From contig OY970192.1 of NCBI GenBank assembly GCA_963708135.1, positions 96,001 to 160,000 on the forward strand: a DNA stretch of 64,000 nt, read 5' to 3'. This document shows positions 42,968 through 52,036 of this stretch, piece by piece. The translations under genes and the position numbers were made by a program. Source of the DNA: an uncultured Gemmatimonadales bacterium (lineage in GTDB: Bacteria; Gemmatimonadota; Gemmatimonadetes; Longimicrobiales; RSA9). Positions within the stretch are counted from its first letter, which is position 1. The number at the start of each line of letters is the position of its first letter. Under the pieces are notes generated by a model. It was not told where the DNA came from and did no database searches. It saw only the letters and a program-made list of their open reading frames with translations.

Positions 42968-43856
42968 GGCTCGGCTCCCTCCTCTCGTCCTCTCGTGCCC
43001 GGCGCGACGCCCGGCGCAGGCCGCCGAGCGCGCGTGTCGTCTGCATGGCGCGGTTGCGCCAGAACGCCGCGATCGGCCCCAGCGCCCGGGGCGCCGTCGT
43101 GTAGCGATCGGCCCGGCGGGCGGCCTCCTCCGCGAACCAGCGGAGCGTGGCCACCGCATCCTGCCGGAGCATGCTCTCGAGCGCGTAGCGCCGCTCGGCC
43201 ACCCGCAGCCCCAGCCCGAGAGCGCGGGCGCCCCGGGCCAGGTCGGCGCGGGCGAGCACCAGCCCGCTCCGCGCCGGCGCGAGCAGGGCGGCCGTCAGCT
43301 CGTGCAGCGAGCCGGCCAGGACGCCCGCGTCGAGCGGCGGCGTCTCGCGCAGGTGGATCGGCAGCGTCTCGGGCGGGCCGAGGCGCTCGGCCTCGGCGAC
43401 GAGGGCGTCCCGGAGCAGCGCGCCCCACGCCGCGTAGCACGGCGGGCCGAGCGCCTCCACGCGCTCCAGGTACGGGATCAGCCAGGAGGCGAGGTGCTCC
43501 CAGAGGAGCGCGTGGCGGGCGCGGCGCCGCAGCGCGCGGCGGGCGGCGTCGCCTTCCGCATTCTCCGCCTCGGCCAGCGCCGCGGCGAGCGAGAGCAGCG
43601 CGGCCAGGTGATCCGGCTCCGCGGGCGGCACGGCGCCGATGGCGCGCCAGAAGCCGGCCACGCGCCCGGCCGCCTCGCCGCCCATCATCCCCTCCGGCCC
43701 GAGGTAGATCGAGGCGTACGGCTGGAGCTGCAGCACGAACAGCGCGGTGTGCGCCTCCGCGTCAGGCAGCGGCGGCAGGCGCAGCAGCCGGGCCACGCGT
43801 CGGCGCTCCCGGTCGGGCGGCTCGGCCAGCGCGCCGAGGGCGCGGAGCAGCTCCAT
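42960..43856 (-). CDS. TorD/DmsD family molybdoenzyme maturation chaperone
   Basis: PYASIY, EPDHLA and EHLASW motifs. Stop/start overlap with the catalytic subunit gene. Confidence 0.85.
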   Translation of the reverse strand: MELLRALGALAEPPDRERRRVARLLRLPPLPDAEAHTALFVLQLQPYASIYLGPEGMMGGEAAGRVAGFWRAIGAVPPAEPDHLAALLSLAAALAEAENAEGDAARRALRRRARHALLWEHLASWLIPYLERVEALGPPCYAAWGALLRDALVAEAERLGPPETLPIHLRETPPLDAGVLAGSLHELTAALLAPARSGLVLARADLARGARALGLGLRVAERRYALESMLRQDAVATLRWFAEEAARRADRYTTAPRALGPIAAFWRNRAMQTTRALGGLRRASRRAREDERREPSHA

Positions 43857-46798
43857 CAGCGCGGCTCCTTCCCGGCGCCGGCGAAGGCCACGGGCTCGGG
43901 CAGCCGGTACGCCTCGCGGGTCGGGCGGAGCGGGCGCATGAGCCACCAGGGCCGGCGCGAGCCGTCGGGCGAGACGGCGCCGGCGGGGCGCGCGTGGCCG
44001 AGCCAGCGGCGGTAGACGTCGTGGGCGCGGGCCGTGTCCACGGCGATGTCGCCTGCGGCATCGCCGGGTTCAGCCCTGCGCACGCGCACGGCCTGGTGCC
44101 AGCAGTGGGCGCCGGACACGGGGTCGGGCTGCACGGCAAAGGTCAGGTTCTGGTGGACCCCCACGTCCGTCCACCAGATGCGCAGCGTGTCCGGGTCGGC
44201 GGAGGCGAAGGGGCCGACGCCGGCGCGGCGGTGCAGCGCCCACGCGTCGCCGGTGTGCTCCAGGCCGACGGTGGCCATGCTCTGGCGCTGCCCGGGGCCA
44301 GCCAGCTTCCAGCGGCCCATGTGGTGGCTGCACGCGACGACGCCCGGCCGGATCCCCTCGGTGACCCAGACCTTCACGACGAAATGACCGATCTCCGTCT
44401 CGACCCGCGCGAGGTCCCCCGTACGGAGGCCGAGGCGCTCGGCGTCCCGGGTGTGCAGCCAGAGCGGGTTCGTGTGCGCGATCTCGTCCAGCCACTTGGC
44501 GTTTCCGCTGCGGGTGTGGATCTGGACGGGGACGCGGAACGTGGAGATCAGCGGCATCTGGTCCGGCTCGAGCGCGTCGGGATGAATATGGCTTCGAATG
44601 TAGGTGGGGAGCGCGTACTCCGGCCAGCCCCACGCCACGAGCGTCGGGGAGTAGAACTCGAGGCGGCCGCTCGGGGTGGGGAAGCCGCGCAGCAGCCGGC
44701 CATCGACCTCGACGCCGACGGGGCGGCGGCCTTCCGCGTCCGGCTCCGGCGCGGGCTGTGGCACGATGTTGGGCGAGTCCGGCTTCGGCGCCCGGGTGTA
44801 GGCGCGGCCGTGGCGGCCGACGTGCACGTCGTCGCGCTCCGATGCCGGCACCTCCTGCTCGTGGAGCGGCCCGACCCCCTTCGTCACCTCGAAGGCGCCG
44901 TAGCGGCGCATGTACTCGAGCGGGGTGAGGCCCTCGGCGGCGGCCTTCTCGGGAAGGCCCGGGACGGAGTTCTCGAACATCCAGCCGTAGTACTCGTCGA
45001 CGGTCAGCTTCTCGCCGGGACGGGCGCGGGACTCAAACCAGCGGCGGATGCCGAGGGAGCCGTCGGGGTCGATGCGCCAGGAGAGCTCGATCCAGAACTC
45101 GTTCTCCTCCCATACCTCGCCCGGGTTCACGTCCCGCGTGTCGGCGATGCGCTCGCCGGCGCGCTCCCGCGCCGCGCGCAGCACCGGCTGGCGGAATCCG
45201 ATCCACTGCCCGTCGTACTGCTCGTAGGAGTGGACGTCGTGGCGCTCGGAGCCGAGGCCCATGGGCAGGATGAGGTCGGCGAAGTAGGCGGTCTCGTTCC
45301 ACGTGGGGGTGAGCGCCACGTGCAGCCCGATCTTCGAGGTGTCCGTCAGCATCTCGACCCAGGAGAAGCCGTCCGGGTTCGTCCAGACCGGGTTGTAGAC
45401 GCGCGTGATGTAGACGTCGAGCCGGCCGCGGCCATCCTTCACGAGGTGCGGCAGCAGGAAGGACATCTCGAACATGCCGAGCGGGTACTCCGCGGGCCAG
45501 GAGAGGTCGTTCCAGACGTCGGGGTGCGGCGGCAGATGGATCGGCCGCGGCACGAACTTGTTCCAGCCGTTGGGATAGGTCGATCCGGGCACGGCCACGG
45601 CGCCCATGAGCGCGCTCAGCATGAAGAGCGCGCGCGAGACCTGCCAGCCGCCGAGGTTGCCGGCCGCGGCGCTCCTCCAGTTGTGAGTGGCCAGGCGGGT
45701 CCCGGCCGAGGCGACGAGGTCGGCGACCTGCTCGAGCACCGCGGCGTCCACGCCGCTCTCGCGCGCGGCGAAGTCGAAGGTGTAGTCCTGGTAGATCTCG
45801 GCCAGCACGGTCTCGAAACGGTGGAACGAGGCCTCGAGCCCCGGCTGCTCGTGCTCGAGGTACTCGGCCCAGTTCCACCAGCGGCGCACGAACTCGCGGT
45901 CGTAGCGGCGGCCGACGATCAGGTGGCGCGCGATGGCCAGGAAAATGGCGGCCTCGGAGCCGGGATACGGCGCCAGCCAGTGGTCGGCGTGGGTGGCGGT
46001 GTTGGAGAGGCGGGTATCGAGGACGACGAGCCTGGCGCCCTTCTCCCTCGCCTCGATGATCCGCTGCGCGTGGGGGTTGAAGTAGTGGCCGGCCTCGAGA
46101 TGGCTGCTCACGAGCAGGATCACGCGGGCCTCCGCGTGGTCCGGGCTGGGCCGGTCGAGGCCCATCCAGTAGTGGTAGCCGGCGCGCGCGCCAGCGGAGC
46201 AGACGTTGGTGTGCGAGTTGTGGGCGTCGAGCCCCCAGGCGGCCAGGACGCGCTCGGTGAAGCCGTCCTCGCCCGGCCGGCCCACATGGTACATCACCTC
46301 GCCCTGGCGCTCCTCGAGGATGGCGGCGCGGATCCGGCCGGCGAGCGTGTCGAGCGCCTCGTCCCAGGTCGTGCGTACCCAGCGTCCCTCGCCGCGTGCG
46401 CCGGCGCGCTTGAGCGGGAAGAGGATGCGGTCCGGATCGGTGACCTGGTTCAACGTGGCCGGCCCCTTGGCGCAGTTGCGGCCGCGCGAGCCCGGGTGCT
46501 CCGGGTTCCCCTCGAAGCGGCGTACCTGGAGCGTCTCGCGGTCGACGTAGGCCAGGAGCCCGCACGCGGACTCGCAGTTGAAGCAGGTGGTCGGCACGAG
46601 GGCGTAGCGCCGCTCGACGCGGCGCGGCCAGGCCCTGGAATCGAGCTCGACCCAGTCGTCCCAGCGCTCCTTCGGCGGGAACGCCGCCAGGTGGACACGG
46701 CTGGGCCCGGGATAGAACGTCTCCCCGCGCGCCTCGACCTCCGCGCGCGCCGCGGAGACCCGCTCGTTCAGTCGGTCGAGATCGGCTGGCCTGGTCAT
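43856..46798 (-). CDS. Bis-MGD molybdopterin oxidoreductase catalytic subunit (Psr/Phs/Arr/Ttr-like), no Tat peptide
   Basis: FS0 motif CFNCESAC..CAKG, DPDRILFPLKR, predicted Mo-ligand region SHTNVCS, ETAYFADLILP, C-terminal Molydop_binding domain. AGAAGGA RBS. Confidence 0.92.
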   Translation of the reverse strand: MTRPADLDRLNERVSAARAEVEARGETFYPGPSRVHLAAFPPKERWDDWVELDSRAWPRRVERRYALVPTTCFNCESACGLLAYVDRETLQVRRFEGNPEHPGSRGRNCAKGPATLNQVTDPDRILFPLKRAGARGEGRWVRTTWDEALDTLAGRIRAAILEERQGEVMYHVGRPGEDGFTERVLAAWGLDAHNSHTNVCSAGARAGYHYWMGLDRPSPDHAEARVILLVSSHLEAGHYFNPHAQRIIEAREKGARLVVLDTRLSNTATHADHWLAPYPGSEAAIFLAIARHLIVGRRYDREFVRRWWNWAEYLEHEQPGLEASFHRFETVLAEIYQDYTFDFAARESGVDAAVLEQVADLVASAGTRLATHNWRSAAAGNLGGWQVSRALFMLSALMGAVAVPGSTYPNGWNKFVPRPIHLPPHPDVWNDLSWPAEYPLGMFEMSFLLPHLVKDGRGRLDVYITRVYNPVWTNPDGFSWVEMLTDTSKIGLHVALTPTWNETAYFADLILPMGLGSERHDVHSYEQYDGQWIGFRQPVLRAARERAGERIADTRDVNPGEVWEENEFWIELSWRIDPDGSLGIRRWFESRARPGEKLTVDEYYGWMFENSVPGLPEKAAAEGLTPLEYMRRYGAFEVTKGVGPLHEQEVPASERDDVHVGRHGRAYTRAPKPDSPNIVPQPAPEPDAEGRRPVGVEVDGRLLRGFPTPSGRLEFYSPTLVAWGWPEYALPTYIRSHIHPDALEPDQMPLISTFRVPVQIHTRSGNAKWLDEIAHTNPLWLHTRDAERLGLRTGDLARVETEIGHFVVKVWVTEGIRPGVVACSHHMGRWKLAGPGQRQSMATVGLEHTGDAWALHRRAGVGPFASADPDTLRIWWTDVGVHQNLTFAVQPDPVSGAHCWHQAVRVRRAEPGDAAGDIAVDTARAHDVYRRWLGHARPAGAVSPDGSRRPWWLMRPLRPTREAYRLPEPVAFAGAGKEPR

Positions 46799-46877
46799 CG
46801 CTTCCTTCTCCCGGCGCGGCCGGTCCGGCCGGCGCGGTGGGTCATGGCGTGCGTCATCGATCCCTCTCCCGGCCCGG

Positions 46878-48401
46878 TCACGCCAGCGGCACGGCCTGGC
46901 CCGCCTGCACGTAGGCGTGCTCGTAGGCCAGCACGCCGGCGAGGGCGGCGGCGGCGGTCCACGCGCCGAGCCACGGCGCGCCGATGGCGACGAGCGAGAG
47001 CACGAGCCCCGCGCGGTACCAGAGCGCGTACCGTCCGCTGGTGAGCTCGTGCGCCGCGAGGGCCGCGTGGGCGCTCGCGTGCGGCAGGGCGTGCTCCGCG
47101 AGCAGGAGGAGCAGGTGCGCGAGCGCGCCGCCGCCCACGACGCGCAGGAGCGCCGGCGTCGCGGCCGGTTCGAGCGCGAGCGCCACGGGCACCAGCGCCG
47201 CGGCGCCGAGCAGCACGGCCTGCGCCAGCAGGTGCACGGGAGCGAGCGGGCTCTGCCAGAGGTCGCGGCCCCGCGCCTGCGCGAACAGGAACGCGGTATA
47301 GGCGGCGGTGGCGGCCGCGAGCGGACCGCCGAGCGCCGCGAGCGGCCCTGCCCATCCGGGCGCCCCCGCCAGGGCCGCGACGAAGTGGGCGAGCAGCACG
47401 AGCGCGTAGGCGCCGATGATGAAGCCGCCGCGCACCAGCCAGCTGCGCCACTGCGGGCGGGTGAACAGGTAGTGGAACCGCTCCGGGTGCTCGAGGTCCA
47501 AGATGAGGATCGCGCCCGTGGCGGCCAGGAAGGCGCCGGCCAGCACGGGAGCGGCCCACAGCCAGAGCGGATCGCGGCCGCCGAGGGCGCCCGCCAGCAC
47601 GAGCAGCAGGGGCACGAGGTAGGCGCCCGCGGCGATCCCCTTGGTCCACGTGTAGAGGCCGACGCGCCAGTCCCAGGGCGCGCGGTGGGCCACGTCGTAG
47701 CTGAGCAGCGCCGCCGCCGAGCTGTTCGGCCGGCCCGGATGGCCGGCGGGCACCACGTGCGCGCCGGCCGGCTGCTCGGCCCACATGTACAGCCCGCCGT
47801 CGGGGCGGCGCGCCGCGAGCGGGTCGAGCGTGGCCTGGTGGGCGCCGCGGTAGAACAGCTTCGGGCGCGTCCCTTTCTCCGGGCGCCTGACCTGGACGGC
47901 ATCGCGCTGCACGATGGCCGCCACCTTCGAGCGCGGATCGTCCAGGTCCCCGACCAGGATGGCCTCCGCCGGGCACACCACGACGCAGGCCGGCTCGAGC
48001 CCCACCTCCAGCCGGTGCGCGCACAGGTTGCATTTCTCGGCCGCGTGGTCGTCGGGGTTGATGAAGATCGCGTCGTAGGGGCAGGCTGCGATGCACGCCT
48101 TGCAGCCGATGCAGATGGACTTGTCGAAGTCCACGATGCCGTCGGGCCGCTGGTGCATGGCGGCCGTCGGGCAGGCGGCCACGCACGGCGCGTCCTCGCA
48201 CTGGTTGCAGCGCGTGACCTGGAAGGCGCGGCGCGCCTCCGGGAAGACGCCCACGTCCACGTACTTCACGTACGTGCGGGTCACCGACAGCGGAACGCGG
48301 TTCTCGGACCTGCACGCCGTCGTGCACGCGTGGCAGCCGATGCAGCGGGTCTGGTCGATAACCTTCCCCCAGCGGACCGTCGGCGCGGCCGCGGCTTCCA
48401 T
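46878..48401 (-). CDS. Fusion of a 4x[4Fe-4S] ferredoxin subunit and a NrfD/PsrC membrane anchor
   Basis: CIGCHACTTAC, CNQCEDAPCVAACP, CIGCKACIAACP and CNLC..PACVVVCP, followed in frame by WDWRVGLYTWTKG, DLEHPERF and multiple TM helices. Confidence 0.9.
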   Translation of the reverse strand: MEAAAAPTVRWGKVIDQTRCIGCHACTTACRSENRVPLSVTRTYVKYVDVGVFPEARRAFQVTRCNQCEDAPCVAACPTAAMHQRPDGIVDFDKSICIGCKACIAACPYDAIFINPDDHAAEKCNLCAHRLEVGLEPACVVVCPAEAILVGDLDDPRSKVAAIVQRDAVQVRRPEKGTRPKLFYRGAHQATLDPLAARRPDGGLYMWAEQPAGAHVVPAGHPGRPNSSAAALLSYDVAHRAPWDWRVGLYTWTKGIAAGAYLVPLLLVLAGALGGRDPLWLWAAPVLAGAFLAATGAILILDLEHPERFHYLFTRPQWRSWLVRGGFIIGAYALVLLAHFVAALAGAPGWAGPLAALGGPLAAATAAYTAFLFAQARGRDLWQSPLAPVHLLAQAVLLGAAALVPVALALEPAATPALLRVVGGGALAHLLLLLAEHALPHASAHAALAAHELTSGRYALWYRAGLVLSLVAIGAPWLGAWTAAAALAGVLAYEHAYVQAGQAVPLA

Positions 48402-48719
48402 TCCCGACTCCTCTCCTGGGGGGCGTCTCACGGGTGTGGGGATGCGACACCGCCGCCGCGTCTTCGGAGGCGGGGAAGTCGGCGTCCGGGCCGGAATGGT
48501 CACGGTCGCGCGCTCGTTTGTCAAACCCGGGGCGGCGACCTCCGGCAGCGGGCCGGCGCGGCGGCCGCTGGCATGGCCCCTGCACCCTGCCATCGTTCGC
48601 TCGCCCAACGCTTTCCAGGAGGCTCTCACGATGCGCACGATGCCGCCGGACCCAGCCGGGCGGGAGGGCGCGCCCCCGCTCCGCCGCCGGCCCGGCCGGG
48701 GCGGGGAAGGCGTGGCGTG

Positions 48720-49415
48720 ATGCCGCCGCTGTTCCGCGACCGGACGGACGCCGGCCGCCGCCTGGCCGCCGCGCTGTCGGAGTATGCCCGGCGGCCGGAC
48801 GTGATCGTGCTCGGGCTGCCCCGCGGCGGCGTGCCGGTGGCGTACGAGGTCGCGCGCGAGCTGGGCGCGCCGATGGACGTCTTTCTCGTGCGCAAGCTCG
48901 GCACGCCCGGTCACGAGGAGCTGGCGCTCGGCGCCATCGCATCGGGCGGCGTGCGGGTGCTGAACCGCCGGGTCATCGACATGCTGGCCATCCCGGAGCG
49001 CACCGTCGCGGCCGTGGCGGCGCAGGAGCAGCAGGAGCTGGAGCGGCGCGAGCGGGAGTACCGGGACGGGCGGCCGGTGCCGGACCTGGTCGGGCGCACG
49101 GCGATCCTGGTGGATGATGGCCTTGCCACCGGCTCGACCATGCGGGCGGCGGCCGCGGCCGTGCGGGCGCAGGGTCCGGCCCGGACGGTCGTGGCGGTGC
49201 CGGTGGCGGCGCCCGAGACGTGCGAAGCGCTGCGCGGCGAGGTCGACGAGGTGATCTGCGCGGCGACGCCCGAGCCGTTCCGGGCCGTCGGCTTCTGGTA
49301 CGAGCAGTTCGAGCAGACGAGTGACGCGGAGGTCAGGGAGCTGCTCGAGCGGGCCCGGCGCGAGAGGTCGGCGGACGACGCGCGGTCCCCGGGCGCGTCG
49401 GGGCCGCCAGGCTAG
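48720..49415 (+). CDS. Phosphoribosyltransferase family protein
   Basis: FRDRTDAG, GLPRGGVPVA and PRPP loop VDDGLATGST. Confidence 0.9.
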   Translation: MPPLFRDRTDAGRRLAAALSEYARRPDVIVLGLPRGGVPVAYEVARELGAPMDVFLVRKLGTPGHEELALGAIASGGVRVLNRRVIDMLAIPERTVAAVAAQEQQELERREREYRDGRPVPDLVGRTAILVDDGLATGSTMRAAAAAVRAQGPARTVVAVPVAAPETCEALRGEVDEVICAATPEPFRAVGFWYEQFEQTSDAEVRELLERARRERSADDARSPGASGPPG

Positions 49416-49674
49416 TCGAGCGGACCGCTCCCGGGTCCGGTGAGCACCGGGTGCCGTCCGACCTCGACCGGGCGTGCCTCCCGATTCCCGGCGTGGCTCT
49501 CTCTCGCGCAGGCGCGGAGGTTTCGCGGAGGCGCCAAGGCGCCGGTGCGAGAGAAGAGGTACGCCGGCGAGTCCGGGCCCGCCGGGCCCGCGCCCGGCCC
49601 AACAGCCCGGATCGGCCGCATTCTGGCCTGCTTCTTGATCCTCCGCGCCCCCGGAGAGGAGGGTTGCCGCACGG

Positions 49675-50118
49675 ATGCAGGAGTTTTTCCGCAGGTTCGC
49701 GCAGCGCACCTCACGGCTGGTGGGCACGCCGTGGGCGTTTCTCATCGCGCTGGCCGCGATCGTGGCGTGGGCGATCACCGGCCCGCTGTTCCACTACAGC
49801 GACACCTGGCAGCTCATCATCAACACCGCCACGACGGTGGTCACGTTCCTGATGGTGTTCCTCATCCAGAACACGCAGAACCGGGACGCGCGCGCGGTGC
49901 ACCTCAAGCTGGACGAGCTGGTGCGCGCGGTGCACGAGGCGCGCACGGGCATGATCGATGTCGAGAACCTGTCGGACGAGGCACTGGAGCGGCTGCACGA
50001 GGAGTTCCAGGAGCTGCGCCGCCACAAGGAGCTCGAGTCGCGGCTGGCGGTGAGCGGCAGCGACCGGCGGGCCGGCGGGCGGCGCGTGGAGGACCGGGTC
50101 CGCGCCGACGACGAGTGA
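49675..50118 (+). CDS. Low-affinity iron permease (Fet4) family small membrane protein
   Basis: SDTWQLIINTATTVVTFLMVFLIQNTQNRD..KLDEL. Confidence 0.88.
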   Translation: MQEFFRRFAQRTSRLVGTPWAFLIALAAIVAWAITGPLFHYSDTWQLIINTATTVVTFLMVFLIQNTQNRDARAVHLKLDELVRAVHEARTGMIDVENLSDEALERLHEEFQELRRHKELESRLAVSGSDRRAGGRRVEDRVRADDE

Positions 50119-50265
50119 CGGCGCGGGCGCTGGCGGCCCCGGGCGCACCCGGCGCCGGGCGGGACGCGGCGTCGCATCCCGGGGACGAGGTGGCGGGGAA
50201 GCGCCGACGCGCCTAACGTACGGCGTCCGCGCGGGGGTTGGCAGATCACGAGTGGGGGGCGGAAT

Positions 50266-51942
50266 TTGGCGGAGGACCGACAGCAGCAACGCCGGCTGAT
50301 CCTGGACACGATCTTTCTGGGCGTGGCCGGCGCCCTGGCCGCGCAGGTGTTCACGTTCATGGTCCGGCTCGCCGACCGGGTCTTCCTCGGCCACATCGCG
50401 TTTTACACACCGCCCGGCATCCCCGCGGAAGGGGGCGCCGCGCAGCAGGTGATCGGGCCGTACGGGCTGTGGCTGGTCCCGCTCGCGACGACGCTCGGCG
50501 GGCTTATCGTCGGGATCCTGATCGAGCGCGTCGCGCCCGAGGCGGAGGGGCACGGGACCGGCACGGTGGTACGCTCGTTCCACCGCGCGGAGGGCTTCCT
50601 GCGGGCGCGCGTGCCGCCGGTCAAGACGCTGGCCTCGGCGATCACGATCGGCTCGGGCGGCTCGGCCGGCCGCGAGGGGCCGATCGCGCTGATCACGGCC
50701 GGCCTCGGCTCCTGGTACGCCACGGCGACGCGCCGCCCGGACTCCGAGCGGCGCCTCCTGCTGCTGATCGGCATGGCGGCCGGCCTGGCGGCGATCTTCC
50801 GCTCACCCGTCGGAACGGCGCTCTTCGCCATCGAGGTGCTCTACTCCGACATGGTCTTCGAGACCGGCGCACTGCTCTACACGATGCTCGCGTCGATCAT
50901 CGCCTATGCCGTGAACGGCATCTTCGTCGGCTACCGCCCACTCTTCCTCGTCCCCGCCAACATCTCGCTCGCCGGCGCGCTGGACTACGCGGGGTACGTG
51001 CTGCTCGGCGTGGCGGCCGGGCTCATGGCGATCCTGATCCCGGTCGTCTTCTACGGCACCCGGGACCTGTTCCGCCGGTTGCCGATCCGCCGCTTTCTGA
51101 AGCCTGCGCTCGGCGGGCTGGGGCTCGGCCTGCTGGCCATCGCGTTTCCACAGGTGATCGGCGGCGGCTACGGCTGGATGCAGATGGCGATCGACGGCCG
51201 GCTCACGCTGCTGACCATGCTGCTGCTCATGTTCGCCAAGCTGGTCGGGCTGAGCCTGACGGTCTCCTCGGGCGGCTCCGGCGGCGTGTTCGCGCCCACC
51301 CTGTTCGTGGGGGCCATGCTGGGAGGGTTCCTCGCGGCGGTGCTGCACGAGCCCGCGGCGCCCTTCGTGGTGGTGGGGATGGGCGCGGTCTTCGGCGGCG
51401 CCGCGCACGTGCCGATCGCCACGCTCATGATGGTCACGGAGATGACCGGCGGCTACACGCTGCTCGTCCCCGGCGCCCTGGCGATCATGATCAGCTACCT
51501 CGTGCAGACCCGCTTCTCCGGCCGGCTCCGCTACCGCAGCCTGTACGAGGCGCAGGTGCCGAGCCGCGCGGACTCGCCCGCACACCATGCCGAGCACCTG
51601 CAGATCGCGCTCAGGATCCTGAAGGAGCGCGGCGTCTCCAACACGCCCGAGATGGGCCAGTTCGACCTGCTCTCCTTGCTGCGCTCCGGGATCCCGGCCG
51701 AGCTGCCCGGAGACCGGCGCCTCACCATCGGCGTGCTCAAGGCGGACAGCCCCTACGCCGGCAAGCCGATCCCGGGCGAGGGTGGCCAGCTGGACCCCGA
51801 CAGCTCGATCCTCGCCATCATCCGCGGCGAGCACATGATGGCCCCCCGGCCGGACACGGTGCTCGAGCCGGGGGACCGGCTCTTCGTCGTGACGACCGCG
51901 GAGGGGCTGGAGCGGCTCAGCGAGCACATGGACCGCTGGTAG
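50266..51942 (+). CDS. ClC chloride channel/antiporter with C-terminal RCK_C (TrkA-C)-like domain
   Basis: GHG, GGSAGREGP, FAIE, GGVFAP and EMTG motifs. C-terminal SPYAGK..AIIRG..P.PDTVLEPGDRL. TTG start uncertain. Confidence 0.9.
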   Translation: MAEDRQQQRRLILDTIFLGVAGALAAQVFTFMVRLADRVFLGHIAFYTPPGIPAEGGAAQQVIGPYGLWLVPLATTLGGLIVGILIERVAPEAEGHGTGTVVRSFHRAEGFLRARVPPVKTLASAITIGSGGSAGREGPIALITAGLGSWYATATRRPDSERRLLLLIGMAAGLAAIFRSPVGTALFAIEVLYSDMVFETGALLYTMLASIIAYAVNGIFVGYRPLFLVPANISLAGALDYAGYVLLGVAAGLMAILIPVVFYGTRDLFRRLPIRRFLKPALGGLGLGLLAIAFPQVIGGGYGWMQMAIDGRLTLLTMLLLMFAKLVGLSLTVSSGGSGGVFAPTLFVGAMLGGFLAAVLHEPAAPFVVVGMGAVFGGAAHVPIATLMMVTEMTGGYTLLVPGALAIMISYLVQTRFSGRLRYRSLYEAQVPSRADSPAHHAEHLQIALRILKERGVSNTPEMGQFDLLSLLRSGIPAELPGDRRLTIGVLKADSPYAGKPIPGEGGQLDPDSSILAIIRGEHMMAPRPDTVLEPGDRLFVVTTAEGLERLSEHMDRW

Positions 51943-52036
51943 CGCGCCGCCCCGACGCGCCGCGGGGGCCTGAGAGGCGTCGGCGGAGGTGCGTCGGGGG
52001 ACGGCATCCGGGGGGATGGGCGTGGCGTGCGCGGGC

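Noticed and set aside
43856..46798. Calling the molybdoenzyme formate dehydrogenase, nitrate reductase or a selenoprotein
   Set aside because: There is no in-frame TGA, the ligand region SHTNVCS lacks the Fdh C/U-H motif, and the NrfD partner and sulfur-carrier context point to the Psr/Arr-like group. No gene symbol was assigned.
42116..47044. 1642-aa plus-strand ORF and many other long Arg/Pro/Ala-rich ORFs in the track (for example 653-1633, 20651-23077, 53965-56016, 58395-61328)
   Set aside because: They are antisense or off-frame shadows of well-supported genes. Stops are rare at this GC content and the translations carry no family motifs.
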